Below, piece after piece: positions 23,109 through 32,686 of a stretch of 32,686 nt of DNA. Each line of letters opens with the position of its first letter. Within the stretch, counting starts at the first letter, position 1. A model generated the notes under the pieces. It searched no databases. It was given only the letters and a program-made list of their open reading frames with translations, and was not told the DNA's origin. Origin of the DNA: Neoconidiobolus thromboides FSU 785 (Eukaryota > Fungi > Entomophthoromycota); the NCBI GenBank assembly GCA_025603075.1, contig MU626470.1:1-32686 (forward strand). The letters are read 5' to 3'. The translations under genes were made by a program, and so were the position numbers.

Positions 23109-25197
23109 AGTGAGATCACCATTAATTTTATAAAAGATAAAACTAACATTGGAAGTGGATAATTCAAGCAATTCTTCTAGAGATTCGCCACTTCATGAGG
23201 ATACAAAAGGAGATCAACTTGAGGATGCTTTTTCAAATAACGGAAGCCAGCAAGAAAACTCTTCAAAAAAAGAAGATTCACTGCAATATAATGAAAACCT
23301 TAGTTCTCTAACTGAGTCTCCTGAGTCTACAAACCCAATAAAAAAAGAAAACCAAAGTGCTAATAATAAAGATGAAGAGTATGATCTTGATTTAAATGAA
23401 AATTTAGAGAAAGATGATGATAATATTGATAAAGAAAATGAAGAAATTCGAGAGAACAAAAATTTAAATGATGGTGATAATCCTTCGAATAAATCCTTCT
23501 ATGAAGAAATTCCAAATAAAAAAGAAAACGAACAGGGAACTGAAATAGAGAAGGTAAATGAATTTAAAGATTCCCAGGACCATCCAATCCTAGAAAAGAA
23601 TATTAATAAGGAAGGATATCAAGGCGATAATGCTTTGGACATAAATGTAGACGAAGAAAAAGAACCAGAAATAAAAGATACGGAAGAAAATAATATATCT
23701 GAAAAAAACATTGATGCACCGCTTTCTCCAATTTCAAGTATTAGTACTTCACGTAGTTCTAATAGTAAACCAAAAAGAAAAACAAGGAAGAGTTCGCCAG
23801 TTAAAAAAAGTACTAAAACAAAAACACGCTCTTCTCAAAATAAAGATAGTTATGATAATGATGGCTTAAGTGAAAGCGATCCTTCTCAATCTCCAGACCC
23901 TAGCCTAAAATCTGATAAAATCTCAAGTATTAATATATTTTTATAAATTATTATATAACTAACAGCTCTTGATTTAGAAATGGATGGAAAAGAATCAAAA
24001 AGTAAAATGGTGCAAAAGGAAGCAGTAGCGGTTGTTAAGAAATTAGAAGCAGATTTTTCTAAACTAAAAGCACAAATATATCAAGAAAAGTTTACAGAGT
24101 TGACAAAGGATGTAGAAAAAATCCAAAATGGAACATCCGAATTGCTTTATGAGAGAACAAAAGAAGCAAGGATCAAAAGAGCAAGAAGAATTAGACTTGC
24201 TGCGTGGAATAGGAAGTATGCTTTATGGGAAAGTGCATCTCAGCTCTCAGCACAACAGTATTCAATAGATACACAGTTTTTATATGATCGTTTCAATACA
24301 AAAGGAAGGATTCACAATAAATTTCTTAAAGAGAAGTGGAAAGTACAAGAAGCAAAAATAATATCGGAAATGCAGCAAAGTTTGTATATATATTTTTTAT
24401 TAAATTGATACTAATTTGATTCTTAGGTGAATTTGAGATATCAAAGAAACTAACTGCTGAGGGAGATAATCATGGTATAGTTAATAGTATTGAGAATGAC
24501 GAATATGAAATCGAAAAGATTGAGGATTTGAAAAAAAATGTTCAAAGTTTAAATTCTGATGAAATAAATGAAGATATTTTAAAGATGCGTGGGTATTCAC
24601 AAAGGACAGGGTTTTCACCTTTAGTAGGCGTTGGTGAATCGTTTGATATGGAGAATATAATATTAAATATCAAGATTAAAAATCCAAGATTTAACCGTAA
24701 TATTTTAAAAACACCAGCATATAGTACTTCCAATCATAATTATTATAATGTAAATCCAAGAGAAACAATAAATTATTTTAATCCTAAAGGTATGGGTATG
24801 AAGAGTTATTATCCACATTCTCCTTTACATCATGGAACTGGTGGCTATTCACCTCCTAATAGAAATGACATGATATCGCCACAACTTGAGCCACCAACTG
24901 CTTCTAGAAGGACAAAGGTCAAAATAATAGGGAATGATATCTTACTGTTAGATGAATCTTCACATAGTGTTGGTGATCGTTTTATGGTGAATGACAATTT
25001 ACATGCGGCTTCATTTCCAGCTAGACTAGCAGGAATTGGAAATAATGAGGTAAATTTTATTTTCTATAAATTTCATTTTAATAAAAAATTAGATTACCAT
25101 GCAAAAATTTGATGGTGCAAAAACCAAAATACAGCTAACAGCACTATCGACTGGTAGATATAGTTTGAATGTACTTCCTGATTCAATAATCGAATGA
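23109..25197 (+). CDS. SDS3: Sds3/BRMS1-family subunit of the Sin3-Rpd3L histone deacetylase complex, 5 exons
   Basis: Acidic low-complexity N-terminus; coiled coil KKLEADFSKLKAQIYQEKFTEL...NGT; SID-like LNSDEINEDILKM; C-terminal beta-domain ...GIGNNE|ITMQKFDGAKTKIQLTALSTGRYSL, similar to SDS3. The start codon is inferred to be A23109 joined to TG23156-57. Confidence 0.75.
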
Positions 25198-25596
25198 GAT
25201 TAAACATAAATAAAACAAAAACAAATAATGATGAATAGTTAAATAATATTTCCATTTAATTTTTTAATTGAAATATATTTAAAAAGAGACAAGAGACTTT
25301 CTTAATTTAATTTAATTTAAATACATAATCAGTTTTTGAATTTTTTTTCCAAAGATAAAAGTAAATAAGTTTTGCAAAATACATTTGTATCTGTTATTAT
25401 AATTACTAGATAAAAGTAAAGTTATTTAAATTCAATTGATATTAATTTTTATATTATTATTTTTGAAAGTTTGATATTAAGTAATAGTCATCTTTTATTG
25501 GCTTCTTTTTATTCCTTTTAATTGGATCTTTTTCAAATAAAATCCCAAATTGCTATTTTGGTATTTTTAATAATAGTATACAATATAGATTCATAG

Positions 25597-26500
25597 ATGA
25601 GTAAGTCAAAGTTGTTATCCTTGATATCTACCCGTGTTCAGCACCAGCCTAATTTACCACATCCTGATAACTTAATTAAGAAATGGAATATAATTAAAGG
25701 AGATGAAGTAAGTTATTGCCATATTCATTTGTAAAAGAAATATTTATTTTATAAAGGTTATGATAATATCAGGAAAAGATAAAGGGGAGATTGGTAGAGT
25801 ACAGAGAGTAGTTAGAGATCAAAACAAACTTGTTGTCACTGGAAAAAACTTGGTATAATAATAGCTATTATTTTTTGCTTAGTTTATTTATTATTACTTA
25901 AAGGTATGGAAGCATGTCCCTAAAAATGCAGATTCTCCTGGAGGTAAAGTTCAAAAGGAAATGCCTATCCATTATTCTAATGTGATGCATATTGATCCCA
26001 ATACTAGGTAATGAGTTTGTAATTTTATTAGTGCAACTTATTTTTTAATTGTTAGACGTGCTATTAAAGTTGAACTTCGTAAAGTTAAGGACGAAGAAAG
26101 CGGAAAATTGAAAAACCAAAGATTTGTAAAAGGAACTAATACTATGATACCTCGTCCAACTTTCTTAGAGTATATTGATGCCCGAAAAGATGGACCTTAT
26201 GATACACTCCCAGAGGCTGCAACTAAAGTTACTTATACACCTACCCTTGAGTCTTACCCATTACCTAAGGGTGTTATTGATGAGCTCCGCTCCCCCAAAA
26301 GAGCTGCTTATGACTTACATCGTAGCTTGTTAAAGCTTGTAAGTTTCAATCATATTTATTTAAACAATTTTAATTTTAATTTTTAATAGCAAAAAGAAAA
26401 AGAGAAGCTTCAACTTAAAGCAGAACGCATGTCTCGTCCTAAATTTACTAGATTTACTCCTGGCGGTTTACAGAAAAATACAACCATTGAATCAAATTAA
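25597..26500 (+). CDS. MRPL40: Mitochondrial ribosomal protein uL24m (yeast MrpL40 family), 5 exons
   Basis: KWNIIKGDE|VMIISGKDKGEIG (KOW motif), then EMPIHYSNVMHIDP; N-terminal basic, hydroxylated presequence-like segment; ends TTIESN*. Confidence 0.87.
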
Positions 26501-26829
26501 AAATTAGAATACCTTTATTTATTATGTTTTAATTATACTTTAATTTTAATTTTCTACATTAATACAGATAAACTTGAATTTATTATGTAAATATTTGAAA
26601 ATAAGTGTATTGTTTTTCAAACAGATAAAATTTATATTAATTTATATCAACAATTTCAGTTGTTATATTTGCTAATAATATAAATATGCTTTTGGTATTA
26701 TTTTATATATTAAATTTGATTCGATTTTTATTGGATAAATTTATGATTTCGATAAAATTTAATTATCTCAATATTCACCTATTCTATTATCTTTATAAAA
26801 TTATTATATTTCTATAATAAATAGATAAA

Positions 26830-29800
26830 ATGGCCGAAGAGTTAATCCAACGTTATATACTATCTTTTGATTCAAACCGAGACGATACTGAAGTTATATT
26901 GAAAGAGATTATAAATGGTATGATACATTTCGAAAGCTAAATGATTATTAACAAATTTTAAGAATTTTCTAATACAACTTTAACTTTTTCTGGTTTTATT
27001 AAGTATTTGCAAGAATATCTGATAAGTGAGGACTCGAATTTAAGGTCAAAAGGTATATATCATAACGTTTACTAGAAAATCATTCTAAATATTTATACAG
27101 GTATATCTTTGCTTTCGGACATTTTAAAAAACATTGATGATGATTTGATCACATTAAACGAAGGTATTGTTTATTTAGTTTAAAGATGATAATTTAACTG
27201 TGTTTCAGTTCAGGCTTTTAACCAGTTTTTCATTCAGCGTTTTCAGGATAAATATTGTATAACTGAAATACTTAAAGGAGTATCAAGCTTACAAAAGCTT
27301 AAATCTAAGTTTGGTTATAATGAAGCCTACGATCTGTTAAAAAAGTATATTTTGTTATTGATAAGCAATTGTATATTAATTATTTTAGCCTTTTTAAATA
27401 TATTCATGTTCAAGAGTTAAACCAAAGTTTAAGATTGGAATGTTTTTATATTTTAGATAGAGTTATTAAGGATTTTCCAACGAGTACTTCGATTTTATTA
27501 ATATTAGTTATAAAATTAATTCCCTTATTTAGTTCCCAATTCAATGCAAGATGAATTTTTTAAAGGATTAATTGAAGCAGTTGATGGAGAAAAAGATCCA
27601 AGAAACTTAATTATAGTATTCAATTTAGTAAAACATGTTATTACGAATTACAATATTGGAAAATTCTCGAAAGTAAGCTTAAGATTTTACAATGGATATT
27701 GTCATTTAAATATATGTAGGACTTCTTTGATATAACATTTTGTTATTTTCCTATAACTTTTAAAGCTCCTAAAGATGATCCATTTAGTATTTCACCAATT
27801 ACTTTAAAAGAAGAATTAAGGTAATATTACCATATTTTATTATATAATATTTATATTATTTTAAAGACAAATTTTATCCGCAACGTTTTATTTTGATGAA
27901 TTTGCTTTGCCTTCGATTTTGGATAAATTATCTTCGAGTTCACCAAATGCAAAGGTAACAACTTTTACTTTGTATTTAAAAATTTAAAATTTTTGTAAAT
28001 TAGAAAGATTCTTTAAATCTACTTTTGTCAGCCTTGCCTGTTTATCGTTTAAATAGTATCTTGAATAATGTTACATCACTTGTTAAGAATCTTTTAGAAG
28101 AAGTAAAATTTTAGTTTAATTTATTAGTTTATTATTAGAACACTATTTAGATATACCATCCAATTGATGAAGACATTCAAAATCTTTCGTTGAAAGTAGT
28201 TCAAGAACTTTTCATTAACATTTATAAAAAAGATCCTAAATTTATGAACAACTTGAAAGTTCAAGATTCAATTACTTTATATTTGAATGAAGTCAAAGTC
28301 AATTTAAAAAGTGATGATGTAAAAATAATCAACTCAACTGGGTTAGCTATAAAAGCTATTTCAGAATCAAACAGTAATATATTCCAAATTTCATTATTCA
28401 ATACTAATTAGTTTTTAGGTGAAATATGCTTTTATTTTGGAAAGATATTGCTACATTTAATAATAGATTTTTACAAAAAGGCAGAGTTAGTTACCAAGCG
28501 AAAGGCATTAGTTGAATGTATAGTTAATTTACTTGAATCTTATAAATCTGTATTGATCAATCCAACTTTACTTTCAAGTAAGACATTTTCTGATTGCTTT
28601 ATTGTTATTAATTACTTATAGAATTACCAAATAATGATGCTATCTTTTACTGTAAAGATGTTCTTTTACAAGAATTTTCAAAAACATTGTCAACAAAAGG
28701 AGAATTTGTTGGAATACAAAAAAATTCAATCAAGGGTTTAATTGAATGTATTATAATACCCGACCTTTTGTCAATCGAAGAAGTAATCTATTTTAACTTA
28801 AAACCATTTATTGTCTTTATTTAAATATGCTTTAGAAACAATATTATACTCAAATAATAGTATCCTATTTATTAAACATTGAAGATGAAATGATAAAGTA
28901 AGATAGCTTTGAACCTTAAAGAAATTATTTATTTTTACATAACTAGGGATGAAATATTAGAATATTTAATGGAGCTTAATAAAGCACTACCAGAAGTGGT
29001 ATTGAATGTTGTACTTCCTATGTTATTTTCTCACTTTCCAAGTAAATCATTAATTTGTCTTTAATAGTCATTTTTAAACCTTTACTTTGTTTTAGAATCA
29101 AGCCAAGATTTAAAAATGATTCCAGTAGATAAGTTTCGTTCCAATTTATCTTCCCTTATTAAATTATCGAGTGAACCTTCAGCATTTAATGTAATTGTTA
29201 AGGAAATTTTTTATGTTATAGATATAATTGGAAAAGGTAATTGATTTAGTATGAGCTATTTTAATCAGGTTTAACTTTTATTAAAGAGGAGAACATATTA
29301 TATGTGGATTATTTGGTTAAAGCACTTGAGATACTTTTAAATATTTTAGAAGCATGTGATATTTCTACTACGATTAATGGAGATTTAATGGTATTGCTCA
29401 ATGGTGTTATAGTTCCAATTATCTATAAATGTTTATCCTTTTCTTTATCTATACAAGCACCAATAATTTGTCATCCTACAGCTGTTAATATTATAAAGCA
29501 TATTTTAATAGTAACTATTCGTATTTTGAATATTCCGCTTCAGCAACAAATATTGAATGAAAGTTATAAACTTTATTTTAATGTAAAAGATAAAGGATTG
29601 TTCTTTGGAGACAACACTTCAAGTGAATTTGCCAACTTTAATCCATTTACTGTAACTTTTGTTTATTATAAATTTTCACAGCTAACCCATTAATTTTAGA
29701 ACCCTGGAACGCCATCTCAAACTATTTTATGTAACTTATTCTTATCTATTTTAATTGCTTGCCATAAAGAGGTAATATTTTAATAACATATATATATTTA

Positions 29801-31021
29801 CTCAATGGCATTATTATTAGGTTTTAAATTGGTCAATAACAACAGAAAGTTTATTACTTGATTTACTAGAACTTTCTTTTTCAAGCAAAGATTATACACA
29901 ATTCCACTCTTGTTGCCAAATCATATCAATAATTCTTAACAAAAGATTTAAAGGTAAGTATTTTATTTTTATTATTGTAACTAGAAATTAAATTTATTAG
30001 ATGATAAGCTTTCAGAATTTGTTAAGGAGAATTTTGTTAATAAAATTACTTTTGAATTAAGAAATAAGTCGAATGATATAAATAAGCGTAAGATGTCACT
30101 TGAATTAATATTATGGGTACTTTGAAATATTTATTGCATATGATCTTTATTAACTATCAAATTACAAGGGATGTAAAGCTTTAATAATTCAAAGTGAAAA
30201 ATTTGGCTTTGAACTTTTAGAATTACTCGTTCAATTCCTAGATGATAATGACCTTGGTAGTAACGTTTCAGAAGCAATCGACCAAATTTTTGAAGAGGAT
30301 AAATGGTTTTTTGCAAAACAAAATCACTCAATAATTAAACTCTTATATAAGCAAAGAAGTTTTTCCTTGCTTTTACCAAAACTTACAAAGGGATTTTTAG
30401 AAGCTAATTCTGAAGGTATGTAATATAATCTAAATTTTTAAATTTTAATTATCTATTTTGCAGAAATTAAGCATAACTTCTTAATTGCTATATCTTCGCT
30501 TTTAATCCATATACCTAAACAAATTTTGTTACGTGATGGTGTTACTGTATGTTTTATTTTTCTATGCTTCTCACTCATACTAATCTTTATATAGCTCTTG
30601 CCTCTTTTGCTTTCTGCATTAGATCATTTTATTCCTCAAATTCAAATTTCTACGTTAAAGACTTTAACATTAATATTACAAGAGTCCAATGCTTTAATTA
30701 TAGAAATTTATTCAACTCTTTTACCCAAATTATTGTTGCTTGTACTTCCATATCATCCTATCAAGAATGATAAAAGTATTCCAATCCAAGTTAGAATTGA
30801 AGCAATAAATTGTTTAGGTGAGTTTCCTCATCATTTGCCAGCAGAGCTTTTATTACCTTCCCAATTTGAAGTAACGAAGGCATTAATTCCGGCTTTAGAT
30901 GATCCAAAAAGAATTGTTCGAGCTAAAGTTGTTTGTTGTAGAAATAGATGGTAATTATTCATTTTTAATTATAAAACACATATTAAGTATATTTAGGTTA
31001 TCTTTCTCAGCTAAAGCATAG
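26830..31021 (+). CDS. MMS19: MMS19/Met18 cytosolic Fe-S cluster assembly (CIA) targeting factor, HEAT repeats, roughly 20 introns
   Basis: Diagnostic motifs GEKDPRNLIIVF, CYFPITFKAPKDDP and C-terminal LDDPKRIVR..V.CRNRW; many short GT-AG introns. Not every junction was verified. Confidence 0.9.
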
Positions 31022-31522
31022 TATTATCTTTATTTTCATCATAAGCATTAAAGTAATCTTTAGTTATATTCTTTTTTATAGTTCTGAATTAAATTTATAA
31101 TAATTTTTCATTTTATATAAATGGTTTTTTTCAAGATAATTAAATGGATTTAATAGTTAAAAATCAGAATTTTTGAAAACAATAGCATACAAACTAATCA
31201 TTTGATCTTTATAATCATTTGATCCAAAATTTTATCTGTACTTGGACTAATAAAGAATAACAATAACAAAATGATAAAATTGAAAGTGCTTATTAATAAA
31301 AATGAAGCTATAAAATGGGGTTAGTTAATAAACATGCTTTAGCATAACGCCCAATACTCACACTTTTTACAACTTGATTTTTTCTTTTATAGCTTGTTTT
31401 TAAAACCCTCGACTTTGCTTACATCTTGTTGCTTTTGATTATTCATGTACATTTTTTTAAAAGATCATGACCATCTTTCTGAATCAGCTTCGTTAGTGTA
31501 TGGCAATGGATATTTAACATAT

Positions 31523-31620
31523 GGGGATGTTTTTTTTGATTTCATTACTTTTGTATTTTTTAAGTGCTATTTGAATGGAAAAATTGTTAGTAAAATTCTT
31601 AAACACAAAAATACATCCCC
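31523..31620 (+). mobile_element. MITE-like TIR element copy J
   Basis: GGGGATGTTTTTTTTGATTTCATTAC...AAAAATACATCCCC; flanks ATAT/ATAT. Confidence 0.9.
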
Positions 31621-31943
31621 ATATCATTAGTATCAAGTTGGACAACTTTATTTTCCATAATAATAAATGTATAAATTTTCTTGCTACTTTTTTTATTTGA
31701 TTTGTTGCTTTCTGTAATAAAAATAGCATAGTTTTAAACTTATCTAATGTTAGCTTTTTAATACAATTTATTATTTGGATCGTATTAGTTGGTATCTTTA
31801 GTATTTGAACTAAAAGTATATCTATTATTTTTTTAAGTCTAGCTAGTATATTAGCCTCGAAGTTTAATTTTGCTATTACAGTATTAAAACTCGAAAATAA
31901 AGCGTGACTTTTCTAGCCCCAGCTTTAATATTAAAAAATGTAT

Positions 31944-32042
31944 GGGGATGTTTTTTTTGGTTTTGTTACTTTTTCCATCTTTTAAGCATTATTTGAGCGA
32001 AAAATTTATTAGTAAAACTCTTAAATATAAAAATACATCCCC
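31944..32042 (+). mobile_element. MITE-like TIR element copy K
   Basis: GGGGATGTTTTTTTTGGTTTTGTTAC...AAAAATACATCCCC; flanks GTAT/ATAT; about 500 bp from the telomere. Confidence 0.9.
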
Positions 32043-32538
32043 ATATATTATTATAAATTTTATTAAAAATATTAAGAAAATATTCTTTAGCTATGTGAAA
32101 TCTGGTACTCAGGGTTTGGAGTCAAGAACAGCTATTGCTGGGTTGACTACACTATAAGTCAAAAGGTCTTAGTTTATGTGACTAAGATAGACTTGGATTA
32201 TGAAGAATAGCACGTAATAGGTTACAAGCTATATAAGACAAATAGAATAGACAATACTAATGTAGAATCTATGTAAAATACTATTAAGAAAACTTAGTGG
32301 GTTTATTAAATGTTCGAGATATCAAAGAATAATTCAGTTAAAAAGCCTCGAACTACTATACTCTGAAAAGTATAAATATCAAAATGAGAAGATAATATTC
32401 TTTGGGATGGAGCTAGAAATTCTCATAGCAAATCAAACTAAGATCATGGGGTTGATTGTGTCTGAACTTGAGAACACAACAACTTAAGTGATTATTACAC
32501 TATAATTAACCATGGGACTGACAAAGCGATATTTCACA

Positions 32539-32686
32539 AGGGTTAGGGTTAGGGATAGGGTTAGGGTTAGGGATAGGGTTAGGGTTAGGGATAGGGTTAG
32601 GGTTAGGGTTAGGGTTAGGGTTAGGGTTAGGGTTAGGGTTAGGGTTAGGGTTAGGGTTAGGGTTAGGGTTAGGGTTAGGGTTAGGG
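32539..32686 (+). repeat. Telomeric repeat (TTAGGG)n at the right chromosome end, with three ATAGGG variants
   Basis: 24 hexamers from 32543 to the window end (21 TTAGGG, 3 ATAGGG). The G-rich strand runs 5'->3' toward the end, as expected for a true terminus. Confidence 0.97.

Noticed and set aside
1349-32042. Dispersed ~98-bp repeats as a CRISPR-like array
   Set aside because: The copies are irregularly spaced (4 bp to 10 kb apart), occur in both orientations and carry TIRs. The context is eukaryotic and there are no cas genes.
32090-32540. Telomere-adjacent, slightly GC-richer sequence as a retroelement or helicase relic
   Set aside because: All frames have stops at about the random frequency for AT-rich DNA, and I could see no RT, RecQ or endonuclease motif.

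Overview
Right-hand end of an AT-rich eukaryotic chromosome, most likely from an early-diverging fungus (inferred from the roughly 45-60 nt GT-AG introns, the gene set including a WNK kinase, and the TTAGGG telomere). Genes I reconstructed by manual splicing, in order: a 5'-truncated patatin, sphingosine-1-phosphate lyase, MTD1, three secretory-pathway cyclophilin B paralogs, LSM2, GCLM, a WNK-type kinase, a COX14-like microprotein, an Sds3-family protein, mitochondrial uL24 and MMS19. The telomere starts only about 1.5 kb after the MMS19 stop. Features not shown by the ORF track: (i) 11 copies of a ~98-bp element with terminal inverted repeats (MITE-like; GGGGATGT...ACATCCCC, RTAT/ATAY flanks), including a back-to-back palindromic pair; (ii) a box C/D snoRNA inside an apparently non-coding intron, whose guide matches the conserved 18S rRNA site equivalent to yeast Gm562; (iii) a 49-aa candidate secreted peptide with a signal peptide and an RARR site; (iv) a start codon split by an intron; (v) two cyclophilin paralogs lacking the ER-retention tail and the cyclosporin-binding Trp; (vi) an 18-bp higher-order telomere variant repeat. 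All assignments come from reading motifs by eye; no database searches were run.
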